Position numbers and translations under genes: made by a program
NCBI GenBank assembly: GCA_027923505.1
Contig: BROI01000011.1
Coordinates: forward strand, 620,001-684,000
From: Mayamaea pseudoterrestris
Lineage: Eukaryota
DNA: 64,000 bases
Direction of reading: 5' to 3'
Shown: piece by piece, positions 35,618 through 46,821 of the stretch
Position numbering within the stretch: position 1 is the first letter of the stretch
Layout of the letters: each line of letters opens with the position of its first letter
The notes under the pieces: generated by a model
Database searches by the model: none
The model's input: only the letters and a program-made list of their open reading frames with translations
Told to the model about the DNA's origin: nothing

Positions 35618-37661
35618 ATGAACAACCTTTTTGTCGACGAAAATACTCGGCAGCAGCAGCAAAGTGCGAGTCCGAAGAGTCAAGCAGGCTGCGCACTTTC
35701 GAAAAAGTTCTTTTCCTTTGGGCACGTTGGCAGCTCAGACAGTAACGACAGGGACGAACGTTTTGTATTGCCTTGGTCTAGTAAGACTATTTACGGCACT
35801 ACTGGCTTGAGCTCATCGCCGCCCAAGGAAATTGTCGTTGTGCCAGCGTACGATAGCATGCATGCATTGAATGTGGAAGCTCCTTCGACTCCAACATTGA
35901 GCGGTCACCAATGCCGCAGCAGCTACCAAGAGACTGGCGAATTATGCCATGCTGGCACTATCCATTTAAATGGATCAGCGGCGAATAATGATCATTTTGA
36001 CGTGGAGCTGGCGCCCGAATTACATCCAGTCGATCCCTTTGAATCGCACGTTTCAAGCAAAATATCTATGCTGCCACTCGCAATTATGGTCTTTTACAGC
36101 GTCAGTGGAGGACCCTTTGGTGTCGAAGCCAGTGTACGATCCGCTGGCAACTTTTATACGCTTCTTGGGTTTCTGGTCATGCCGTTTGTTTGGAGTGTGC
36201 AGGAAGCGCTCATGACGGCGGAACTTGGAACGGCCTTTCCCGAAGCGTCGGGGGGAGTCGCTTGGGTGGAAACGGCGTTTGGAACCTCGGCTGGCTGGAT
36301 GGCGGGATATCTAGGCTGGGTTGCAGGTACGAAACTTGTCTGACTTTTACATTTAATGCTCGCGCCCTGTGATTCCCAACACACATTTGCATTATTCAGG
36401 CGCGACGGACAATGCCATTTATCCAGTGCTTTTTCTGGACTACGTTCTGCAAGCTTTTTGGAGTAGCGGCGATGGTGGCGAAAATCCAGGTGACTTGCAT
36501 CCAGTGTGGCGCATGATTCTTCTGTCGTCGGTATCAATTGGCCTCGCCTACGTGAACTGGTTGGGGCTGCCACTGGTGGGCAAAATGAGCGTCTCGATTT
36601 GCATGGTGGCCATGAGCCCCTTTCTCGTTCTCACCCTGGTTGGAAGCTTCAAAGTTGACCCTTCGCGCTGGTTTCAAATGCCGGATCAAAACCGCACGGC
36701 TGTTGAATCCATGTTTGACGACGATCACATTGAACACGGGCTCATTCCGATCCCTGGAGCCACCATGGGAGGTGTCTTGTGGCGTCCCTTGCTGAATAAT
36801 CTGTTTTGGAATCTGAACTCGTTTGATGCAGCTGGAAGCTTTGCTGCAGATGTTGAGAATCCGGGGCAGGTATTGCCGCGGGCCATGATGTGGTCTGTAT
36901 TTTTGGTTGTGATTGGTTACTTCATTCCGTTGCTGGTTGCTTTGGGAGCTTCTGAAGCCAAGCAAGAAGATTGGGTAGATGGATATTTAGCCAAGGCGTG
37001 CTCGGACATTGTTGGGCCGTGGCTCGGAGCTTGGACTGTTTTTGCCGCTGGTATCAGCAACATTGCTTTGTTCCAGGCGGAGCTAAGCGCTGATGCATTT
37101 CAGCTCATGGGCATGGCTGATAGGGGCTATCTGCCGAAAGTATTGGGTACGCGCAGTCGCCATGGAACCCCGACGTACGGTATTATGATTGGAACTGCGA
37201 TTATTGTTGCCATGGGAGTTTCGGATTTGGAAGGTTTGATTGAGATGCTCAACTTCAACTATGCGATTAGTTTGTTGATGGAGTACTGCGCTTTCATCAA
37301 GCTACGTATTGCTCGACCGGACCTTCATCGGCCTTGGCGCATTCCTTTGAACACGGTGGGCTGCATCATTTGCCTTATACCCACCTTCCTCTTTACGCTT
37401 CTCGTCTTGGCACTTGCGACCCCAGCCACTTACTTGTTCTGTATTGGCATCAACATTGTCGGCGTTGGCATTTATGTTGGTCGAAAACCAAATGCTCGAA
37501 GCCTGACAAAGGAACTATGCCAAAGTGTTTGCTCTCGAAAGTCGTATGATCGTGTTGGTACAGACGCGTCTCTCGACTCGACTTCTGGAACGACCCTTTC
37601 GCCTCCATCTTGCGTCGCCGATGACGCAAACAGTGTCAATTCGCTGCCTTCGATTTCCTGA
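35618..37661 (+). CDS. APC-family polyamine/amino-acid transporter (PUT/RMV1-like); intron 36327-36399
   Basis: FYSVSGGPFGVE, EALMTAELGTAFP..GG..WV..AFG, DNAIYPVLFLDY, FWNLNSFD, GMADRGYLP, multiple TM segments. Confidence 0.92.
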
Positions 37662-38164
37662 CACGAATCGTATCGGCGCCTTTTTGCATACAATACATAT
37701 ATACTAGTACAAAGAGTTTTGTAACTCATTTGCCTTAGTGCATAGATATGTTGTTCATGAAATTCTACAAATCAATTTATGAGCCTATGGAAAACAGTAA
37801 AAAGGTACCTGAACGATTGGTCATTGATTCTGATAGCAAGGTAAGGGATGCACCAATAATAGCTTCATAGCCATGCATAATGGTTACTTAAAAGAGTCAT
37901 GTATTGTATGACATGACTTGGTTGAGCGAGGTACTGGTGCAAATAATACAAGGTAGATTCGTATCGCAGCGCGACTCACGGTGAAATCGCGTGGAGACTG
38001 GCGTCCACCTCACATTTTGACGGATGGATTTCCAATTCACTTCATTTTGTCGCAATTGTTTCCAACATAACAAGGTGTAGTCAGCAAAGCAGAAAGTCTA
38101 CCGCAAGTTGCCCATGTGCGATTAGTTCCAAAGTCGTCTATAACTGTGCCGCGTGCAGAAACCT

Positions 38165-40152
38165 ATGACGACTTCCTACAGCTTGCTTTGCTTGGTAGTG
38201 CTACTGTCATCAACATGCCACGCATCGGCATTTCTACCTCTTGCACGACCCACAGTCACTACCGGTAGACTATGTGACTTTCAAAGGTGTCTGCCTTTCA
38301 TGGTGCAGCAAGATCGTCACCCTAAAGCCATACGGTTACGACAGTCGAGTCGAATTTCACTAGCCTCGCAAGACGGCGACACTGGCGCTGTATCCGAAGA
38401 TCTGGAGCCTTTGGAAAATCTTTTTAACAAATACTGCGATAGTGACGGACTCATGGGCAAGGCAGCTGTGATGAGCGTTCCCTTCTTTGCAGAGTTACTG
38501 GTGAGTGAGTTAGCCAGATCGGGTCGAAGGGCTCAAAGATGTTCGTGTCGATGAGGAAGAAAATTTTGCTCTAGAATTACTCCGCGACAATGTAGGAAAA
38601 AAGACGATCGATTCTGAGACATGAACTTGAATTCACTCTGCTTTTATAGTAAATTGTAGTATAGCTCATTCTGTTCCCCTATCCGCAGGCCGAAGGCGAT
38701 ATGCTTGTGGAAGAATTCGACGCAGTTTGGACTCGCGCACCAAAGTTCCCCGAGGTTGCGACCTCGGGAGAACGAGTGGATGTCGATTCGTTTGTGCAAA
38801 TTTATAGAGATATCGACGACCTATTTGAAGACGAGGGTGATTCCGCCACTGCTGCCGCAGCTGTCGTCAATTCAGTCAAAACGGGCGACAAGTATAACGA
38901 TGGCGATAGTCAAGAGAACGAGGCCATGGAAGCAGAACTGGAAGCCATTTTTAAATCCATATGTGACAAGGATAGTCTTCTATCGTTTGATCGTATCAAG
39001 GAATGGGACGAAGTGCAAAAGCTGCTGGAAGACGGACTATTGGGTGATGATGAGCTTGAAGCCTTATGGTCTAGAACAAAAAAGGCTCCTGGTTCAGTCG
39101 ATTGTCTCGATGTCGATGGTTTTCTTAGCTTTAACATTGAGCTTGACGGTTTGTTCGAATTTGATGATGGCGAATTGGAAGAGGAAGACTTTGAAGCTGA
39201 CGCCATTGTATCTCAATCAGAGTCGCGACCTCGGACAATGGTTGATGGAGATGACTTGCCAGTCGCTGTACTATTCTCCTCTTTGATGGGGCGAGACGGA
39301 AAAGTAGGTCTGGACGATCTCTCGTACTGGTCGGAGCTGAAGGAAATGATTTCCGCTGGTGATTTGCTTGAATCCGAATTCGAAGGACTGTTTATTGATG
39401 CAGGCCAAGGCAAGCCGAGGTTAGATGAGACAGAGTTTGGCGCACTTGCGCAGGCAATAGACAACCTGTTTGAAAATGATGAAGAGGACATGGACCAATT
39501 GGGCAACTCTTCACCGTCACAGTCTGATGCAGATATGCTCAAACAAGAGCTCCTCGAGGCGTTGGAACGTTTTGACGACCCTGATCTTCTGCCATGCGGT
39601 CTTGACTTTAACGAGAAGGAGCAAAAGGAAATATTGAGTATTGTGAGCGATCTTGAAGGTCAACCATGTAACTTAGTTCGACGACAAGCGTCGAACATTC
39701 AAGTTGCCGATCTTGCTGGAGTTTGGGACCTTGTTTATTCCAGCTCGTCGGCGATGAGGTTCAATAAAGGCCTCAGTGGCATTGGTGGCTCGTTCCCGAA
39801 CGGTCGTTTTGCTGGAGTGACACAGAATCTAAAAGCATCAAAGTATTTGACTGACGTCGAATATCTTGAACGCATTGAGGTCAACCCATCAAGCGCTTCT
39901 TTCGACGTGAAAGTAACTGGCAGTTGGGACCTTCAGAAGAGCGTTTCCTTGTTCACTGGCGAGCCATCCGTTGTTTTAACGATCGTACCCGACATGGTAA
40001 CATATGGTCCGACGTTCACACGGGCTGACCATTGGAAGAGCCTTGGTCCGACAAATATGCTGGATATCACTTATTTGGACAACGATCTTCGCATCATGCG
40101 CGGCAACACGGCCGTGGAGAACATTTTTATTTACCGAAGATCGAAAAGGTAG
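38165..40152 (+). CDS. Plastid-targeted protein with EF-hand-like acidic repeats and a C-terminal PAP/fibrillin domain; intron 38501-38688
   Basis: HASA-FLP presequence; LAGVWDLVYSSS...LDITYLDNDLRIMRG fibrillin motifs; three similar helical repeats (E...L..GDL...E). Confidence 0.85.
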
Positions 40153-40526
40153 AATGGGGTGTGTCCCGCCCACCAGTACTTGGTACAGCACCTGGCTGCT
40201 TAAAATTATCTTAGTGCAAACAACAGAAATATCTTATGATAGTCAATATGTTTTTACCATCCTAGAAACGATCGCGAACTGGATGTCTTTACAGTCAGCA
40301 TAAGCTTTTTCATTGCTTAGAATGCAACTCGTTATTTTGCAACCGGACGCCCTGCCGCTAAAGAGGCGATGCTTAACTGTAAATCTAATTATGACGCATG
40401 TATTTCCAGTAAGCATCACATACAGATTCACAGCATATTTCACGAGCTCGACGTCCCGACATGTACAAAGAGCAAAAAATATACTTTAAAGACAAGTTAC
40501 AAGATTACGAAAAGCGGACTCCGAAC

Positions 40527-43222
40527 TCAATCCTCGTCGCTGTCGCTTTCGTCATCATCGTCTTCGTCATCAATTACATCATTCACCCCTTCAGAGTCGC
40601 TGTCAGCTTTGCCATCGGCGTCACTCTCATTTTCGTCTTTTCCTCCCTTCTTGGACGACTGAAAATCATCCATTTGTCGCTTGTAGCGCTGCTTGTCTTT
40701 TTGAGCGATCTGTTCATACTTTTCCTTCTCCTCGGACGTCAAGTTGCGGAACATTTCTGCAATAGAGATGTGGTAAGAAAGAATCGACCGCCTCGTATGC
40801 AGATAACGGCAACCTCTACTCACCTCCAATCTTCTTTCCCAATTCTCCAAAAGACGCGTCGGGATAGTCAGCTTTAACCTTGGGGCGAATTTCATTGGAA
40901 AAGGCCAAGAATGAAGTGGTGGCTTTCTTTGGAGCATTTGGGTCCTTCTTCCGCTTTCCTTTCTTTCCTTTGGCGGGGGATGAGTCGGAATCATCCGGCT
41001 GAGTATAGTCCTTCATCGCTTCCTTATAGCGCTCCTTGTCCGCGGTGGCCATCACGTCATACTTTTCCTTGTCTTCACTAGACAGTGATTTCCATTCAGC
41101 GCCGGCCAATTTACCCTATACGAATATGCGACATAAAAGAAGGTCAGCTGAGTTTGACACTATTAGATCGCAGCCCCACAGAAATACCTACCAGCTGGCC
41201 AAATTCGGCGTCGGGATTCTCCTCCTTAATGCGACCTCGATTCTCGTTTGTAAAAAACATGTACGCAGACATGGGCCTCTTTGGCGCATTCGGGTCCTTT
41301 TTCTTCTTGGTTTTCTTCGCGGGTTCGTCGTCGTCCGAATCACCTGACTTCGTCTTGACCACCTTAGACTTAGGCTTTTTCTTGGGAGTGGTTTCCGTTT
41401 CGCTCTCACTGTCGCTACCGCCCTGCTTCGACTTTCGCTTTTTCTTCCCTTCTTTTCGGGCTTCTTCCAAATCAGAATCAAGATCCTCATCGACCTCCGA
41501 TCCTAAGTCGTCGTCGTCCGCAGTATCACTGCCAGACGACTCGCCCTCCTCTTCGGCATTTTCGTCAAAATCTTCATCGGGGGACCCGTCGTCTTCGTCC
41601 ATGGCTGGTCCACCGTAAATCTCGTCTTCATTGTAGACAGGTTTGCGAGAGACTTCCGGTTCACCGAATACTGACTCGCCCTGCAAGTTTTTAATGCGAA
41701 TGTTCTTGCTCGTAATAAAATTATACAATCCTTGGTAATCGGACCGGTCAATACCTTGGAATGTGTATTCCTTTGCTCCGCCTCCTGTCGCACTCGAATT
41801 GAGGTTGATGCAAAGATCAAAGTTCCGCGTCGATCCCTGGCCGCCAGCGTAGCGCTGAAACTCGATGCTTTCAATTTCGCTGTTGCGAATAAGAATGGGC
41901 GGCTTGTGGATAAAGATAAACTGCTTCTCGAGCGGGTAGAGTAGACCCTCATTGGCGCGATAGGCGCACTTGACGCATGCTTGTTGGGTGGCGTTAGCAA
42001 ACTTTCCTGGAATGAATACTTTCTTTTTGGCGATCACCTTGAACGTCTTTGCAATTAGATTCGCCAGCGACCCGCGCATGACTGGCTGGAGCTCGCCAGC
42101 GTATTCCTTCTCGAGAGTCTTTGCATCAAGATTCACCAAAACTTCGTCCGGGTCCTTGGGAGCTTGCAAAACTAAATACTGGTAGCGTTGCTGACCCTGG
42201 CGAATTGCCTTGTCAAGTGCTATCACAAAGGCCATGTGCACCTCGTCTGGCTTGGGCAGTAGAAACAATCGATTGATGTCATCGTATTTAATCTTGTAGT
42301 CATACTTTTGGCCACGAAGCCGTAAAAAGATATCGTAGAGCTCAATCCCGTATCGACCACGAGGCGTGAGAAAGGTTCCCTTGGTCTGATCAAAGCTCAC
42401 AATCACGTCGCCAGTCGTCTTGCGAATATTGGCCGTTTGCATAATGAGCTTTTGCAATGTCTCCGCCGCTGTATCGGCTTCCTTGTCAGCGGGATCCGCC
42501 TCCGGATCTGGTGGAATATACATTCGAATCGAGACTGCGAGGTTGTGGAGGCGCGCAGATGCTGTGAGTATCGCAATCGAATTATTCTCGCTCACAGGCG
42601 ATGTCAAGTATTACTCACCCAATTGGTCCGTCCCAGCTTCTACGGTGTCCGACTCTGGAAACTGAATTTCAATTTCATTCCGATTGTTTCCAGGCAAGAC
42701 GCACTGACTGACTTCATGCAAATCGAGCGACATCATTTCATCTTCGGCGCGCGGCTCAAACTCTTGCCCCTCCTCGTTCATTTCATCCAAAAGGCAATGA
42801 CGAAAAACGAGATTCTTTCCCTTGATTTCCGTAAGCCCATATTGCGCCCCTGCTGCCGAAACATTGTGAATCTTGAGCTCAACCTTGAATTTCTCATCAA
42901 GCGCCTCTTTCAAAAGTTCAAAGTCGTGCGCCGGAAAACCATCAAATCGAAGCTCATGCTTGAGCTGCTGTCTAGCATTTTGCTGATCCTGCTGCTTGGT
43001 TCCAATCCGCAAATGTCCATTTCGACCAAAGATTGTCCATTGCGCGTACGCAATAAGACTGGCAGGAATGGATCGCTGCGTGCCGCTACCAGCATCGTCA
43101 CGGCCGGCAATGGCGGATTTCCACAAAATACGATCCGCCTCGCATGAAAAAGTTCCGACGGAATGACCGTGCAAACCAATATGCTTCCAAACGACCGATC
43201 CAGTGCTGGCGTTGGTTGCCAT
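40527..43222 (-). CDS. SSRP1: FACT complex subunit SSRP1 with two C-terminal HMG boxes; introns 42535-42618, 41116-41191, 40757-40823
   Basis: [50 protein letters not shown]; two KKDPNAPK(R/K) HMG boxes; all three GT-AG introns restore the frame. Confidence 0.95.
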
Positions 43223-43678
43223 GATGGTACGTGTATGCTACTGCTGATTGAAGAATGTAAGGATTTGAGTTCGCTGCAGCAACTACAAGAAGATATTGCC
43301 ACGAGCGCATGGCATGATGGACGGATGCGAAAGCGAGAGGTGGATGCGCGATGCGACGCCAATGCGCTGAGGCTGGCACGCTTAACTTTAACCCTAACTA
43401 TGTGAATACTCCCGTGTGCTCGAAACAGCTAAACAACGAGCGCCACGTGGCGGCAAGTGCTGACGTCGGAGCATCTCGCGCCGGCTGTCATCGGCGCGCC
43501 GATTTCTTCCCCGTTCGGAGTTCCTTCACACATCAAAACTTGGGCTCGCTCACTCTTTGAGCAGGAACATCACACACGACGTTTCTCCACTTGACACCCG
43601 ACGACGAACTCATTGTCAGCATCCGTGGAATAATTGAGACCCGCTCATAACCACAGCACTGCGAAAGCAAGAGAGAAG

Positions 43679-45038
43679 ATGTTGCGAAGAAGGCAGCAAC
43701 AACAATCCAAGGTTCAGTTTGATTGCGACGAGGTGCTTCGACAGACGATCATGGAAACGGCACCGAAACCTATTCAAGTTTCGGATGCTGCCTCGGTCGA
43801 GTCCAATATCATGGACGACTTGCCTAGTCGATTCAGTATGCCATTTGATCCTGCTCCTCTTGTTCCGCAGTCAGTCATTCTAATCTTTGGCGGCTTCATC
43901 TTTGTACTTGCCTTGATTTGGCCTCCCCTTATTTTGCTTGTGGCCTACATGTGCTCCAAGCTGATTCCCTACTCGTTTCGCGAAAATGACGACGCTACGA
44001 GTCGCCGACAGCTTTTTCACGAGTTTTCCAAGGAAGACGACCTTCCGGAACACTTTAAAAACATGCCAGAGAACATTCGACTTGATGAAGAATATGTCGT
44101 GAACGAACGGTACGTGCGTGGCTATACCTTTATGGTTTTGCAGCTAAAAATCATCAATCTCACGCTCTTCCCATCTTTAACTCGACAGTGGCATGCTTTT
44201 GTATGCATCTACATTGACTCCGACCGACCAGCCCGTTAAAGCTGTCGTATGCTTTTGCCACGGATACACGGATAGTGCTTCCTTTTCGAAACGCATGGAG
44301 TTTCAGAGACTGGTTCATCAAGGCATTGCCTTTGTCGCAATTGAATATGAAGGACATGGCCGCTCGGATGGAGCCGTCGGTCTGATTAGTGACTGGGAAC
44401 GATTGATTGATGATGTTTCCAACTTTTACTCCAAAGTTGCGACGGAGCGATTTGAAGGGATCCCAACCTTTCTCATGGGAGAGTCCATGGGAGGAGCAGT
44501 TGCTTACTGCACCTACGACCGGACTCCATCACTCTATCGAGGTGTAGTTTTCATTTGCCCAATGTGCAAGATTGCCGACGAGATGCTTCCTCCAACCTGG
44601 GTTATTGAAATCCTCATGTGGTGCATTGGCAAACGAGGTACGACATCAGTTTTGGGATACCTTCCAATTGCTCCAGCCCGTGGAAGCCTTGAGAATACGA
44701 CTCACAAGGTGCCGGAGAAGCGTCGGTTGGTGTCTCGATGTCCCACCTACCTTGACCGCAATCCTCGCTTGGCTACTGCACGAGAGCTAATTCACGTAAC
44801 TCAGCGAATATCAAACAATTTGCATGAGTTTGAAGCTCCCTTTCTTGTTCTTCACGGCAAGGAGGATCGCGTGACAGATCCTGCCCTATCGGTCGCCTTG
44901 TACGAGGAAAGCAAGTCTAAGGATAAGTCAATTCGCTTGTACGATGGCATGTGGCATGCGCTCACTGGCGGAGAGACTGATGAAGACATTGATATGGTGT
45001 TTGCGGACATGATCGGCTGGATTTTGAAGCGCTTATGA
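43679..45038 (+). CDS. Monoacylglycerol lipase / lysophospholipase-type hydrolase (Hydrolase_4); intron 44110-44188
   Basis: FCHGY, GHGRSDG, GESMGGAV, PFLVLHG.EDRVTDP, YDGMWH; N-terminal TM segment. Confidence 0.92.
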
Positions 45039-45267
45039 TAAATGATGGAATGAAAGTACTACCGGTAGTTGCACATAACTCCTAATATGAGTCTTTCTGA
45101 TTAACAATAGCATTTATAGTTGCCAATAAGATGCTGGTGCAGTTGCGTGGGTGAGTACTCACCTACTACTTGTTCCGGTACAGCTGAAAGTTACACCTGT
45201 CATTCAAGGGTCGTACCGTTACTCAGACACTTGTCAAGCTCCACAGAAATGCGGTGCAAATCTCACC

Positions 45268-46488
45268 ATGGGAGTCAGCCGCCAGCGAGGCCTTGTTACG
45301 CTGCTACGGCTTCTTTGGTGCTATATCATTTTACGTAGCATTCATGGACTACAACCTCGAAGTACGAAATCGTCGTCATCTCCGCGCATCAAGATTAAAA
45401 AGTCGTCATGGAACGTTTTCTTCGAACAGCTCCAAGCCTTTCATCGTCGTCATGGCCACGCGGTTGTGAGCAAACGAGATGACCCCAGCTTGTATCGATG
45501 GACATGCCAACAACGATCAAGTCTACGTCATCGAGCTGAGAGCCAGCTGTCGAATGTGGCCGTTCGGCCGAGGATGACATTCTACAAGGTGCAGCAGCTG
45601 TCGAGCATTGACTTTGTCTGGGACGTTCAAGAGTATCGCTGGAACCAGCGATACGAAGAACTCCGGGCGTATGTGAATGCAACAAATAATACTCTAGTAC
45701 CAGCTAATCACCCTGGTGCTCTTGGAGTGTGGGTGCAGAATCAAAGACGCGAGCTCAAGCGTTTTCTGCGAGGCGAAAATTCAACATTGACAGTTTCGCG
45801 CATTCTGGCCTTGAAGGAGCTGCAATTTGATCGAGACACGACAACATGGAACGATTTGTGGCATCAGCGATATCATGAGCTTTTAGATTTTGTCAAGGAA
45901 CATGGTCACACGCATGTGCCTGAAGACTATCGAAAGAATCCAGCGCTTGGCCAGTGGGTCATGAACCAACGGACCCACTATCGTCGATATGCCGACGGAG
46001 AACCGTCAGCCTTGTCGGAGGAACGTTTGGAGCTGCTGGAAAAGGTAGATTTCAAGTGGAGATATCGGGAAGACAAGTGGCACGAGATGAAGCTGCGTTT
46101 ACTTGACTACTATGAACAGCATGGTCATTTGCGGATCAATCCGCGCGATGCCAAGAATAGCGACTTACGCTTGTGGCTGATTCTCCAACGACATTACTAT
46201 AATCGCCTTCAGCAAGGAAGAGAGTCGCCCATGACTCAGGATCGAATTGACGCTCTGGAAGGCGAGATCCCCAACTTTCCCTGGCAAGGTCGCAACAAGC
46301 GTGGTCCCTCCAAGAGCGATTGGGCGCGCATGTTTGAAGCCATGCGCGAAAAGGGCATTGATACGGGAACGCGAGCCAAATCACATTGGTTTGAGGGCGT
46401 CAACCCGCTAACGTCACAAGTCAAATCATTTTGGAGCGATGAGGAGCTTCTTGCCTTGTGGTATTCGGAGGGAGAGGAAGAAGAATGA
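45268..46488 (+). CDS. Helicase-associated (HA) domain repeat protein with a possible N-terminal targeting peptide
   Basis: About four repeats of W...Y.EL..F...HGH..VP.....LG.WV..QR...L..L.F.W. Confidence 0.88.
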   Translation: MGVSRQRGLVTLLRLLWCYIILRSIHGLQPRSTKSSSSPRIKIKKSSWNVFFEQLQAFHRRHGHAVVSKRDDPSLYRWTCQQRSSLRHRAESQLSNVAVRPRMTFYKVQQLSSIDFVWDVQEYRWNQRYEELRAYVNATNNTLVPANHPGALGVWVQNQRRELKRFLRGENSTLTVSRILALKELQFDRDTTTWNDLWHQRYHELLDFVKEHGHTHVPEDYRKNPALGQWVMNQRTHYRRYADGEPSALSEERLELLEKVDFKWRYREDKWHEMKLRLLDYYEQHGHLRINPRDAKNSDLRLWLILQRHYYNRLQQGRESPMTQDRIDALEGEIPNFPWQGRNKRGPSKSDWARMFEAMREKGIDTGTRAKSHWFEGVNPLTSQVKSFWSDEELLALWYSEGEEEE

Positions 46489-46821
46489 CTTTTACAGCAG
46501 TAGCTACTGCTTATTGACTGGAGTTTACGATTACTTAGCCTGTTTTTTACAACAGTCCACATTATCGTTCTGCAACGACTTGACCGGGCAGTACGGTAGC
46601 GATTCAAGGCGTCGCACTTTACTTTGGTGTCGCAGTGAGTCACGGTGCGACTGTTTATTGCGAGCAGTAAACGCCGGTCGCCATTCGACCGCACGACGAC
46701 TCACCATGGCATTGTGCCGGAAAGCCCTACAAGAATATAACAACCAAAATTCCTAGTTCTGATTTAGAACACCGATTGCTGGAACTATACAAAGTGGCAA
46801 TCTGCTCTTTCCACTCATGCG

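Noticed and set aside
41085..43147. Long plus-strand ORFs (177 aa, 236 aa) opposite SSRP1, and similar antisense ORFs such as 54435-55166
   Set aside because: They are antisense shadows of well-supported genes with biased codon composition.
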